Below are positions 1-9,082 of a stretch of DNA of 14,202 bases, in pieces. Made by a program: the position numbers and the translations under genes. Numbering within the stretch: position 1 is the stretch's first letter; every line of letters begins with the position of its first letter. Origin of the DNA: Candidatus Hermodarchaeota archaeon (lineage in GTDB: Archaea; Asgardarchaeota; Lokiarchaeia; Sigyniarchaeales; SOKP01); contig JBHLLG010000070.1 of assembly GCA_048885925.1 (NCBI GenBank), positions 1 to 14,202 on the forward strand, written 5' to 3'. Under the pieces are notes generated by a model. It was not told the DNA's origin, did no database searches, and saw nothing but the letters and a program-made list of their open reading frames with translations.

Positions 1-563
1 CAATAATTTATAAGGGAAAAGAAGATTTAGTACTGAAAAAAGCAAAAGAAGTATATGAAATTTTGAAAGATAAATATTCGGTTAAAATTGATTATTCAGA
101 TGAATCTGTTGGAAATAAATTTTATTTTTGGGAATTAAAGGGTGTGCCTATTAGAATTGAAGTTGGACCAAAAGAGATTGAGAACCACAAAATAAAAATT
201 GTAAAAAGACATGATGGTAAAAACTTTGAGATAAAAGAAGAACTTTTAGAAAAAAAAATTGATGAAATTTCCCAAAATTATACGAAAGAAATCAAAAAAA
301 AATCATTAATCGATTTTGAATCTCAAATTGAGTGTGTTTATGAAAAAGATGCGGCAATTGAAGCAATTAATAATGGAAAAATTGTGTGCTGTGGCTTTTG
401 TTCAATTGATATGGACGCTTATCGATGTGCAGAAGTGGTTGAAAAAGAAATTGGAGGTTTTGTTCGTGGAAAAAGAGTTGAAGAGGAAAAGCATGAATTC
501 GCAACTTGTTTAATATGTGGTAAACCTGCTGGATGTACGGTATATATAGCAAAAAGTTATTAG
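1..563 (+). CDS. proS: Prolyl-tRNA synthetase, archaeal/eukaryote type (5'-truncated by window edge; anticodon-binding and C-terminal Zn domains)
   Basis: Frame is open from position 3 (IIYKGKEDLVLKKAKEVYEILKDKY...), so the TTG at 63 is not the start. Motifs GNKFYFWELKGVPIRIEVGPKE, C-terminal CLICGKPA and terminal YIAKSY are typical of archaeal ProRS. Confidence 0.96.
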   Translation, partial: IIYKGKEDLVLKKAKEVYEILKDKYSVKIDYSDESVGNKFYFWELKGVPIRIEVGPKEIENHKIKIVKRHDGKNFEIKEELLEKKIDEISQNYTKEIKKKSLIDFESQIECVYEKDAAIEAINNGKIVCCGFCSIDMDAYRCAEVVEKEIGGFVRGKRVEEEKHEFATCLICGKPAGCTVYIAKSY

Positions 564-663
564 TTCATAATAAGATAAATATATATTTTTATTTGGATTT
601 TTTTAAGAATTAAAAAAATAAATATTTTAACATATAATTCATATAATTTAGCTGTGATAAATT

Positions 664-840
664 ATGGCAGCAAAAGATAAAGTTTTAGAGGTATTTAAAA
701 GTACAAGCAAACCTTTACGCCCTGGTGAAATAGCTGAACAAACAGGTATCGAATCCAAAGATGTTTCTAAAATAATAAAAGAATTACGTGAAGAAGGGAA
801 AGTTTTTTCACCTAAACGTTGTTATTATGCCTTAAAATAA
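664..840 (+). CDS. Small (58 aa) stand-alone winged helix-turn-helix protein
   Basis: Manual translation, not in ORF track: MAAKDKVLEVFKSTSKPLRPGEIAEQTGIESKDVSKIIKELREEGKVFSPKRCYYALK*. Clear wHTH pattern (EIAEQTGI...VSKIIKEL..EGKV) with an SPKRCYY wing. Confidence 0.88.
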   Translation: MAAKDKVLEVFKSTSKPLRPGEIAEQTGIESKDVSKIIKELREEGKVFSPKRCYYALK

Positions 841-962
841 CCCTAGATAGCAGTAATTTGTTTAATTTTAAATATACTCTCTAATTAATTAGTTGATTAT
901 TTAGGTTTAATACTTTCATAGCTATTTAAATAATATAGGAAAAAAATAAAAATATAGAACCT

Positions 963-1127
963 TCAATGAATGTAATGAACTGATGGAGACTTTTGTTTAT
1001 GTTCTTTTATAAATTTGGATTCATTACTCATAAATCCGCAATTTAAACATTTTACAGTTTTTGGGGGTAAATAATTCATAACTTTTGGTATTTTCATTGA
1101 AGTGCAATTAGGACAATAATAATACAT
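963..1127 (-). CDS. Small (54 aa) zinc-ribbon protein with two CxxC motifs
   Basis: Manual translation, not in ORF track: MYYYCPNCTSMKIPKVMNYLPPKTVKCLNCGFMSNESKFIKEHKQKSPSVHYIH*. AGGAG Shine-Dalgarno at 1140-1136, 8 nt before the ATG. Confidence 0.8.
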   Translation of the reverse strand: MYYYCPNCTSMKIPKVMNYLPPKTVKCLNCGFMSNESKFIKEHKQKSPSVHYIH

Positions 1128-1374
1128 TTTTAATACTCCTTCGAGATAAATTATTATTATCTTAACATTTTATTTTCAAGTGTAATTAAAAAGTACCCTT
1201 ATTTTATTAGAAAATAAAAGTATTAGCTTTTATTCTTGTTTGAGTAATTTTGTATTAAAACGACCGTATTTTATTAATTGAACTTTAAGTTTTTAAGTTT
1301 TTGATAAGAACAATTCCAAAAATTTAAGATTTTTAAAGCTTTAATTTTCTCATATCATAAAAAGGAAGTTAGGA

Positions 1375-2277
1375 ATGAATAATATTTTAAAGTCTATTTC
1401 AGATGAGTTTAATAAAATTTATTATATAGAAGGAGCTAGAGAAGGAAAATACCCCTATTCAAATTCTTTACTTATTGAAAATTATTTGATTGATACTGGT
1501 ATTTCTAGTGCAATTTTAAGAAAGCTTAAAAGAGGTCGTCAGATAAATTATGTTTTATTATCTCATTGGCATGAAGATCATACTTCAGGAAATAGATTAT
1601 TACCTAATGTTAAATTTTCTATTCATTTAAAAGACAAATATTTGATAGAGAACGTTGATAAATTCAATGAGTATTATGGGACGTTGAATTCTCCTGCAGA
1701 AAAAGAATTTGAATGGCTTATGGAGAGTTTGAAATTAATAAATATAAAAATTGATAAAACGATAGAAGATAATGAAGTTATTAATGTTGGAAATGATTAT
1801 AATATAAAAGTAATTCATACTCCCGGGCATACAGCAGGTCATTGCGCTTTTTTAGAATTAAATTCTCAAATAGCGTTTTTAGCAGATATAGATTTAACTA
1901 ATTTTGTCTTTTATGCGGGTATTGACTCAAATTTAACCGATTTTGAAGAATCAATAGAAAAAATGCTGAAATTTAATATTAAATTTGCTGTTACAGGGCA
2001 TAGAGGAATAATTGAAGGTGAAAAAAAAATAAAAGAAGAGCTTATTAAATATAAATCTATAATCTTTAAACGAGATGAACGAATTTTATCCCATTTTTCT
2101 GAAACTAATCCAATTAGAATAATTGATTTTAAAAATAAAAATCTTATTTATAAATATTATAGTCAATTTAAGGAATATGAGTTAATTGCTGAAATGATTA
2201 TGATCCAAAAACATTTTGATAAATTTATTAAAAATGGTCTAATAGAACAAAAAGGAAATGGTTATATCTTAAGATAG
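1375..2277 (+). CDS. MBL-fold metallo-hydrolase with probable C-terminal winged-helix-like domain
   Basis: LIDTG, SHWHEDH (HxHxDH), HTPGHTAGH, FLADID and VTGH motifs; purine-rich AGGA upstream of the ATG. Confidence 0.9.
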   Translation: MNNILKSISDEFNKIYYIEGAREGKYPYSNSLLIENYLIDTGISSAILRKLKRGRQINYVLLSHWHEDHTSGNRLLPNVKFSIHLKDKYLIENVDKFNEYYGTLNSPAEKEFEWLMESLKLINIKIDKTIEDNEVINVGNDYNIKVIHTPGHTAGHCAFLELNSQIAFLADIDLTNFVFYAGIDSNLTDFEESIEKMLKFNIKFAVTGHRGIIEGEKKIKEELIKYKSIIFKRDERILSHFSETNPIRIIDFKNKNLIYKYYSQFKEYELIAEMIMIQKHFDKFIKNGLIEQKGNGYILR

Positions 2278-2280
2278 AAT

Positions 2281-3579
2281 ATGGAAAGAATTGAACCACT
2301 TTTATTCAAAATATATCCCCATTTGAAGAAAAAAGTACCCTGGATATCTTTAATTACTAATTTACCTACTCCTATAGATAGATTATATAAATTAGAAAAA
2401 TATCTTAACTTAGAAAAAGGTCAAATCTATATTAAAAGAGATGACAAGAATCATAAAATTTATGGAGGAAATAAACTAAGAAAGCTTGAGTTTATTTTAG
2501 GAAACACAATTTTAAACAAAAAGAAAAAAGCGATTGTTACTTATGGTGGCATTGGTTCAAATCATGGTTTAGCATGCGCTATTATATGTAAAATGTTAAA
2601 TACTCCTATACAATGTGACCTGTTTCTTTATCATCAACCATTAACTTGGTATGTGCAGCGTTCATTATTGTTAAGTTATTATTTCGGATCAAGGTTACAT
2701 CTTGGGAAAAATGATATTAGCACATTCATTAAAGCTTTATTTTTTTGGATTTTTCATTATAAAAATGATTTTATACTTCCAGGAGGAAGCCTTATATTTG
2801 GAAGAGGAACCCCTTTAGGAATGTTGGGATTTATTGATGCAATTCTTGAATTAAATGAACAAATTAAAGAGAGAGTGATCCCTGAACCCGATGTGATCTA
2901 TTTAGCATGTGGTACTACTGGAACCGCTGCAGGATTAGTGGTGGGATGTAAATTATTAGGATTAAAAACAAAAGTCCATGCTGTAGCTGTGTATAAGGAT
3001 TTTCTAGCTAACGCTTCTAATTTAGCCAGAAATGCAAATAAAGCAATTAAATATTTACGGAAAAGAGATAAGAGTTTTCCAAAAATTAAAATTACCAAGA
3101 ATAATTTTGAATTAATAAAAGGTTATCTAGGGTCTGGATATGGTGCTAAAACAATGAAGGGGCAAAATGCAGTTGATATAGTATTTGATTTAGAAGGAAA
3201 GGAAAAAGGATTTATCCTAGACACAACTTATACCGGAAAAGCAATGGCTGGAATGTTCGATTTTCTTAAAAAGGATGAAAATAAGGATAAAATTGTATTA
3301 TTCTGGAACACATATAATTCAAATAATTTAGATAACTATATCAAGGAGACTAAGTTTGATTATAAGAAATTACCAAGAAAATTTCATAAATTTTTTGAAA
3401 CCACTGATTTTCAATGTTGGCGAATCGCAGATTGTCCAAAAGGGATAAGAGAAAACTGCGTTGCTTATTTAAATTCTGAATATAGATATTGGAAAATTAC
3501 TAAATGCAAACTTGATAATAAAAAACAAAAAGAAATTTTTGAAAAATTAGAAAAGGTAATAACATTAGAAGATACTTAA
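2281..3579 (+). CDS. PLP-dependent D-cysteine desulfhydrase / ACC deaminase family enzyme with Cys/Trp-containing C-terminal extension
   Basis: PTP, IKRDD, GGNKLRKLEF (PLP Lys), GSNH, ACGTTGTAAGL and LDTTYTGKA (Thr where true ACC deaminases have YEGK). Starts 3 nt after the MBL gene. Confidence 0.88.
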   Translation: MERIEPLLFKIYPHLKKKVPWISLITNLPTPIDRLYKLEKYLNLEKGQIYIKRDDKNHKIYGGNKLRKLEFILGNTILNKKKKAIVTYGGIGSNHGLACAIICKMLNTPIQCDLFLYHQPLTWYVQRSLLLSYYFGSRLHLGKNDISTFIKALFFWIFHYKNDFILPGGSLIFGRGTPLGMLGFIDAILELNEQIKERVIPEPDVIYLACGTTGTAAGLVVGCKLLGLKTKVHAVAVYKDFLANASNLARNANKAIKYLRKRDKSFPKIKITKNNFELIKGYLGSGYGAKTMKGQNAVDIVFDLEGKEKGFILDTTYTGKAMAGMFDFLKKDENKDKIVLFWNTYNSNNLDNYIKETKFDYKKLPRKFHKFFETTDFQCWRIADCPKGIRENCVAYLNSEYRYWKITKCKLDNKKQKEIFEKLEKVITLEDT

Positions 3580-3602
3580 TTAATTAATTCCAAAATTTTA
3601 AA

Positions 3603-4592
3603 TTATATAATTTTCAGTCGCTGAAATAATCCAGTTATCAAAAAAGGCAAAGCAATTGTTGCATCACACCATACACTTACATGTTTTGATTCTAATGAGT
3701 ATTTCCCCCATGATCTTGCTTCTGAAAATGTACTCCCTGAAAGACCTCCATCATATTCCATTGCAGTATGAATACGAACTGAATAATTATATCCCATATT
3801 CGTTATTTTATCAAACTGGTCTAACATTGGAAAAATCTGTTGAGCCCAATTTCGTGGAACGCCACCACCTATTATTATAGTACCATATTCTTTATAACCT
3901 CTTACAATATCCCCAAATTTCTTAACATCTCCCAATACATCAAATTGAAAATCATAATCCTCATAAAAAGTATATTTTATAAGCTTCAATGCCAATTCTG
4001 AATCAGAGAAAGCTGGTACAAACAAGGGAATATCATTTTTAGCTGCTACTGATAATATACAATCTGATGATAATTTGCTTCCTATTCTTTTTAAAAATTC
4101 TGAAGGAGTTATATGAATTTTTTTATCTTCAAATGATGATTGAATAATTCTTAATAATTCTTTATCTGCTTTTATATAATTATCCTCTGGAAGGAAAACA
4201 TCATATATTCTATTTATTCTATATTTAAATAAATCATTATCATCTACATTATGACTTCCTAAGTAATGACCTACATTACTAGCAGCATCTACTAAATCAT
4301 GTGTTATATTTGCCCCTGTACTGATTAAAACATCAATTAATTTATATTCCATGAGCACTGAAATTAATTTACCCATTCCAGCAGGAACCATCGCACCACT
4401 CAATGTTAAAACGGTTAAACAGTTTTTATTAGAAACCATTTTTTCCAAAATATCAAGAGCTAAGCCGAGATTTCTACCTTGGAATCCACATTCTTTGAGG
4501 GATTTTAAAATTTCATCTACATTTTTTGCCTTTTTAACATCGAAAGGGTGAACTTTTTTTATTAAATAATCTTCTTTTTGATGAGTTTTCAT
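3603..4592 (-). CDS. dhs: Deoxyhypusine synthase family protein (DHS or DHS-like homospermidine synthase)
   Basis: GFQGRNL, SGAMVPAGM, ISTGANITHD, INRIYDV, GGGVP, DGGLSGSTFSEARSWGK (catalytic Lys), DATIALP. Confidence 0.93.
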   Translation of the reverse strand: MKTHQKEDYLIKKVHPFDVKKAKNVDEILKSLKECGFQGRNLGLALDILEKMVSNKNCLTVLTLSGAMVPAGMGKLISVLMEYKLIDVLISTGANITHDLVDAASNVGHYLGSHNVDDNDLFKYRINRIYDVFLPEDNYIKADKELLRIIQSSFEDKKIHITPSEFLKRIGSKLSSDCILSVAAKNDIPLFVPAFSDSELALKLIKYTFYEDYDFQFDVLGDVKKFGDIVRGYKEYGTIIIGGGVPRNWAQQIFPMLDQFDKITNMGYNYSVRIHTAMEYDGGLSGSTFSEARSWGKYSLESKHVSVWCDATIALPFLITGLFQRLKII

Positions 4593-4923
4593 AAGTAAAA
4601 TTAAATTATTTAAACATTTTAAATTGATCTATTTCACTTTTTTTAGAGAGTCTTAAAAATGGATTACTTTAACATGATAAGAGTCACAAATTATATACAT
4701 TTAATATAAATCTTCTTATAATTTCTTAAACAATTAAGTTGAACAATTAGTTTTATTCCTCTTTATAATAAAAGGAAAACAAAGGCATAGAATAATAAAT
4801 TAGGTAAAATTATGGCAATATAATCATCAAAAATATTATTATATCATTAATATTTCAAATAAATTTAAATAAAAGCTATTATATTAAATTCTTAATCAAA
4901 TAATATCAAAGATTTATGAATAA

Positions 4924-5475
4924 ATGACATCTTCGGTCCCAGAGAAAGTATTCTTTGTTAAGGGTAAGGGTTTTCATAAATCTAAGCTGGCAGCCTTTGA
5001 AGAAGCCCTTAGAGACGCTGGAATTGAAAAGTACAATTTGGTAAATGTTTCCTCTATTTTACCACCTTATTGTATTGAAGTTAATAAAGAAGAAGGCTTG
5101 AATGAATTAGTTCCGGGTCAAGTTGTTTTTGCAGTTATAGCAAAAGCCAACTCTAATGAATATAATCGATTAATTTGTTCCTCTATTGGTGTTGCTAAAC
5201 CAGCTGACAAGGGACAATATGGATATTTGAGTGAACATCATTCTTTTGGCATAAAGCCCGAAAATGTTGGTGAATTTGCAGAAGATTTAGCAGCAGAAAT
5301 GTTAGCTACTACTCTTGGTATTCCTTTTGACCCAGATGCTAATTATGATGAAAAAAAGGAAGTATTTAAAATGGGTGGAAAAATTGTTGAAACCAAAAAT
5401 GTCACTTCATATGCCACAGTAAGAGAAGAGAATGAATGGGCTGCTGTAGTGGCAGCAGCTATTTTTATCTTATAA
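4924..5475 (+). CDS. pdaD: Pyruvoyl-dependent arginine decarboxylase
   Basis: AFEEALRDAGIEKYNLVNVSSILPP with the Ser-Ser autocleavage site, GYLSEHH, AEDLAAEMLATTLG, C-terminal W-AAVVAAA. Confidence 0.94.
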   Translation: MTSSVPEKVFFVKGKGFHKSKLAAFEEALRDAGIEKYNLVNVSSILPPYCIEVNKEEGLNELVPGQVVFAVIAKANSNEYNRLICSSIGVAKPADKGQYGYLSEHHSFGIKPENVGEFAEDLAAEMLATTLGIPFDPDANYDEKKEVFKMGGKIVETKNVTSYATVREENEWAAVVAAAIFIL

Positions 5476-7060
5476 TTTTTTTAAAATAATTTATATTAAT
5501 ATCTTGAAAACAAGAATCTATTGATTCGATTTCTTCTAACTCTCTAACAGCTAGCCGATTTAGATCATTAAAATCCTTAGCTGCCCATATTAACTTATTA
5601 AATCTCTGGTGATGATGATGAAATCGTTGATTGGCATAATTTTTAGCTTGTTTAGTGTAAAGAAGAAATGGCCAATCACTACCCTCCATTAATAATAATT
5701 CTCGAGCCGTCTGTTGAAGGATCCTTTCTTCACTTTCAATAGGATTTGGATTTGATTTTAATACAGTTTCGAATTCTTTCATTGATCCATTAATATAGGG
5801 CCAAATCCATCCGTGTTCTGGATTTTTCCAAACTCTAAAATCACCACCTTCTCCCCAACTACTTTCTTTCATTCTAATTAAAGAAAAATTATCTTTATAT
5901 TGAGATATAAAATCAGAAATTTTTATCATTTGAATTAGAGATTGTTGATTAATTATTTCAAAAATAATTTTTAACCAATTTACACCTTCCATCCACCAAT
6001 GACCGTACAATTCAAAATCATAAGGAGAAATAATAATTCCCTTTGTTTTGAATCGTTCTGAAAATTGATCTAATTCTTCAGAAACTATTGAAACAAAGTG
6101 ATTAGCATGGGAACTAATTATTTCTTTTGCTTTTTCAACATCATATAATTCTTTTTCACTTTTTCCAAATTCTTTGCTGGTAATTCTCCAATAATGCAAA
6201 CCTGATTCATGATCTTTTTTATGAAATTCTCTGTAATATTCATTTCCGGGGTATCCTATCGTTGAATCCCAGACTTGTCTACTGGTTCTTTTATTTCTAC
6301 CAAATACTGAAATCCCTGTTTCTAACCTATATCCAAAATTTGTATTTAATCCAATATTGTTCTTTTGTTCAATCAATTCTGCATCTAAAATTCCATGAGA
6401 ATCTACAATAAAGTATTTTATACCTGAATTATTTAACCAATAATCAAGAGGTTCTCTAACTTTGCCATCTTTAAATTCTTTAGGCCTATAAGCACATTCA
6501 GGAAGCCAAATACCTTTAGGTAAACTGTGAAAATATCTTTTATGGGTGTCAATAGCAACCTGAATTTGAGAATGTATTCCAGAATCACTCTCCATTAGAG
6601 GTAGGAAACCATGTGTTGCTGCACACGTTATAATTTCTATCATTCCTTCATTTTGAAGCCATCTAAAACTACCAAGAATATCTCTATAAAAATAATGATA
6701 AAATGTTTCTAGTACATGCTCAAAATTTTTTAAATGGAACTCTGCAATTTTTTTTCTTTGAGGATGATTTTCGAACTTTTTAATATCCTTTTTTGATCGT
6801 GAAATCCATTCTTCCATATATTCCGTAAACTTTTGTTTCATATATTCATCTGCTAATTGTTCAGCTAATATTGGTGTAATATTTATAGTAATAGCAGTTT
6901 TTAATCCATTTTCTTTTAATTCTCTTAAAACGTTGAGAATGGGAATATATGTCTCGCTCATAGCTTCCATGAGCCATTCCTCACCTGCAGGCCAAGTTCC
7001 CGACTTTTTACACCATGGAATATGTCCATGTAGAACCAAACCAAAATATCCTATAACCAT
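5465..7060 (-). CDS. GH57 1,4-alpha-glucan branching enzyme (DUF1957-type C-terminus)
   Basis: LHGHIP, ETYIP, ATHGFLPL, GIWLPECAY (nucleophile Glu), YREFH, PYDFELYGHWW (acid/base Asp), SSWGEGG, ARELLL..SDWPF. Overlaps pdaD 3' end by 11 bp (convergent). Confidence 0.93.
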   Translation of the reverse strand: MVIGYFGLVLHGHIPWCKKSGTWPAGEEWLMEAMSETYIPILNVLRELKENGLKTAITINITPILAEQLADEYMKQKFTEYMEEWISRSKKDIKKFENHPQRKKIAEFHLKNFEHVLETFYHYFYRDILGSFRWLQNEGMIEIITCAATHGFLPLMESDSGIHSQIQVAIDTHKRYFHSLPKGIWLPECAYRPKEFKDGKVREPLDYWLNNSGIKYFIVDSHGILDAELIEQKNNIGLNTNFGYRLETGISVFGRNKRTSRQVWDSTIGYPGNEYYREFHKKDHESGLHYWRITSKEFGKSEKELYDVEKAKEIISSHANHFVSIVSEELDQFSERFKTKGIIISPYDFELYGHWWMEGVNWLKIIFEIINQQSLIQMIKISDFISQYKDNFSLIRMKESSWGEGGDFRVWKNPEHGWIWPYINGSMKEFETVLKSNPNPIESEERILQQTARELLLMEGSDWPFLLYTKQAKNYANQRFHHHHQRFNKLIWAAKDFNDLNRLAVRELEEIESIDSCFQDININYFKKIIR

Positions 7061-7137
7061 TTCTAAAAAAAATAATGTTTTATTTATTAATTAGTCTTAT
7101 ATGATTATATTATTCTAATTAAGTATTGATATTTAAT

Positions 7138-8304
7138 ATGAGTATGAAGCTAAAAGCCATTAAAAGTCCACCAAATCGCGATGAATTATCTAATCGTCTT
7201 AAAAAAGTAAGATTATTAATGAGAGAACAAAATTTGGATTATTATGTATCATTTAACCCAATAAATATCTATTATTTAACCAATTTTGCTTTTTATCTTC
7301 ACGAACGTCCTTTCATACTTATAATAGAAAAAGAAGAGCTACCAAAAATGTTGATCCCTCAATTAGAAAAGGGTCATTTTGAATCTCGAGCTAAAATAGA
7401 GCTTGATTTTGTTATTTATTATGAATTTCCAGCCCGAAGTGGTGAAAATTGGTATGATAAATATAAAAAACTTATTAAATCAAATTCTAATGTAGGAATA
7501 GAATCAGAAATGCCAATTGGAATTGCTAACAAAACTCCTGGCAACAAAATAGTAAGTGATATTATCGATGAAATCCGGATTAGTAAGAGTGACTATGAAA
7601 TTGGGAGAATATATCATGCATGCAGAATAGTAAATAAAGGACATAAAATTTTGTTAAAAAAATGTCGTCCAAAAGTCCTTGAGTTTGCTTTATATAAAGA
7701 AGTTACCGATGCTATGACATCTAAAATAGTACAAGATATCCCTAATGCTAATTTCAGAGCTATACAGACTACAGGAGTTGTTTGGCCGCCATCTATTTCA
7801 CATGATCCTCACCTCATACCACACATTTTTGCTGAAATGGAAGAGGGTGGACCACACGTTTCGATAGTATCTGCTCAAGTAGACGGTTATGGAGTAGAAC
7901 TAGAAAGAACATTTTTTCTAGGGTATGTACCAGAGAAAGCAGTAAAACCTTTTGAAGTAATGTTTGGAGCCAGAGAGCTAGCATATAATATGTTAAAACC
8001 AAACACAATTATGAGTGAAATAGATAAAAAGGTAAGAAACTATATAATTGAAAAGGGATATGAGGAATATATTATACATCGTACTGGACATGGTCTTGGT
8101 ATTACTGGACATGAAGCTCCATTTTTAGCAGAAGGGTATGATAAACCATTAGAAAAAAATATGGTCATAAGTGTCGAGCCAGGTATTTACATTCCCGGGA
8201 TAGGTGGATTTCGTCATTCTGATACAGTTTTAATAACAGATAGGGGATATCAAAAGTTAACTAAAGCACCTGAAACACTTGAAGAAGTTACTATTTCGTT
8301 GTAA
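7138..8304 (+). CDS. M24 (creatinase/prolidase) family hydrolase, creatinase-like, lacking canonical metal ligands
   Basis: Creatinase/prolidase N-domain (NIYYLTNF...ERP) and pita-bread domain (HRTGHGLG..GHEAPF, SVEPGIY, GGFRHSDTVLIT). ATG at 7138 or 7144 preferred over TTG at 7126. Confidence 0.88.
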   Translation: MSMKLKAIKSPPNRDELSNRLKKVRLLMREQNLDYYVSFNPINIYYLTNFAFYLHERPFILIIEKEELPKMLIPQLEKGHFESRAKIELDFVIYYEFPARSGENWYDKYKKLIKSNSNVGIESEMPIGIANKTPGNKIVSDIIDEIRISKSDYEIGRIYHACRIVNKGHKILLKKCRPKVLEFALYKEVTDAMTSKIVQDIPNANFRAIQTTGVVWPPSISHDPHLIPHIFAEMEEGGPHVSIVSAQVDGYGVELERTFFLGYVPEKAVKPFEVMFGARELAYNMLKPNTIMSEIDKKVRNYIIEKGYEEYIIHRTGHGLGITGHEAPFLAEGYDKPLEKNMVISVEPGIYIPGIGGFRHSDTVLITDRGYQKLTKAPETLEEVTISL

Positions 8305-8313
8305 TTACATGAA

Positions 8314-8817
8314 TCAAAATGTTTTTACTATTTCATTTAAAGGTTTTCTTGGTTTAGGTTCTGGAATTGTTCCTTTAATATAACCAAATGGTAAAACTGT
8401 AAGAAGATAATCATTTTCTCCTAATTGTAGAATTAATTTTACTTTTTCTCTGTTCATAGCTCCAATCCAGCAAGTTCCAATTCCTAAAGACCAAGCCATT
8501 AAGATCATACTCATTGAAACTAAGGATGTATCAATCAAATGCCATTTAGGACTAGTTTTAGTTTTAGCAACAATTGCAATTGCAATTGGAGCTTCTTTAA
8601 TGAATTTACCATAAAATGCATTTCTTGAGATATTCTCTAAAATTTTTTTATTTCTAATAACAATAAATTCCCATGGTTGTCGGTGCGAAGCACTAGGAGT
8701 CCATCTTCCTGCCTCTAAGATCATTTCAATTTCTTTTTCTGATATCGATTTATCTTGAAAAGTTCTAATACTTCTTCTTTCTTTAAGAAAATTCAAAAAG
8801 TCTTCTGGATCTATCAT
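8314..8817 (-). CDS. Nitroreductase family protein (FMN-binding)
   Basis: RRSIRTF, AGRWTPSASHRQPWEFIVI, AWSLGIGTCWIG, FGY, PRKPL. Confidence 0.93.
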   Translation of the reverse strand: MIDPEDFLNFLKERRSIRTFQDKSISEKEIEMILEAGRWTPSASHRQPWEFIVIRNKKILENISRNAFYGKFIKEAPIAIAIVAKTKTSPKWHLIDTSLVSMSMILMAWSLGIGTCWIGAMNREKVKLILQLGENDYLLTVLPFGYIKGTIPEPKPRKPLNEIVKTF

Positions 8818-9082
8818 TTCTTATCAACTTTAATAATCATTCATATAGCTTTATAATTGAAAAATTTAAAAACTTACTATATTTTGGATATTACATAAAT
8901 ACTTTTTTTTAAATTAAAAAACCATCAATGAATAAAAAATTATGAGGGTTCTACATAAAAAGATTTCTTTTATTATAATTTTAACAATTACCTTAATTTC
9001 TACTACATATATTGAATTAAAACGAAAAAGAATAATCAATACCTAAATGAAAATTTAATTTTATTTATCTTAATATTTTATT

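Noticed and set aside
316-552. ORF-track entries 316..513 (+) and 367..552 (-)
   Set aside because: Shadow frames inside proS with no recognisable motifs.
2898-4551. ORF-track entries 2898..3098, 3656..3880 and 4351..4551
   Set aside because: Antisense shadows of the well-supported PLP enzyme and DHS genes.
5465-5475. 11-bp convergent overlap of pdaD and the GH57 gene
   Set aside because: Short 3' overlaps are common in compact AT-rich genomes; no functional link is implied.
5609-5620. HHHH run in the GH57 C-terminal domain
   Set aside because: Lies in a helix where GH57 branching enzymes commonly have R...H..RF; too short to call a metal-binding tract.
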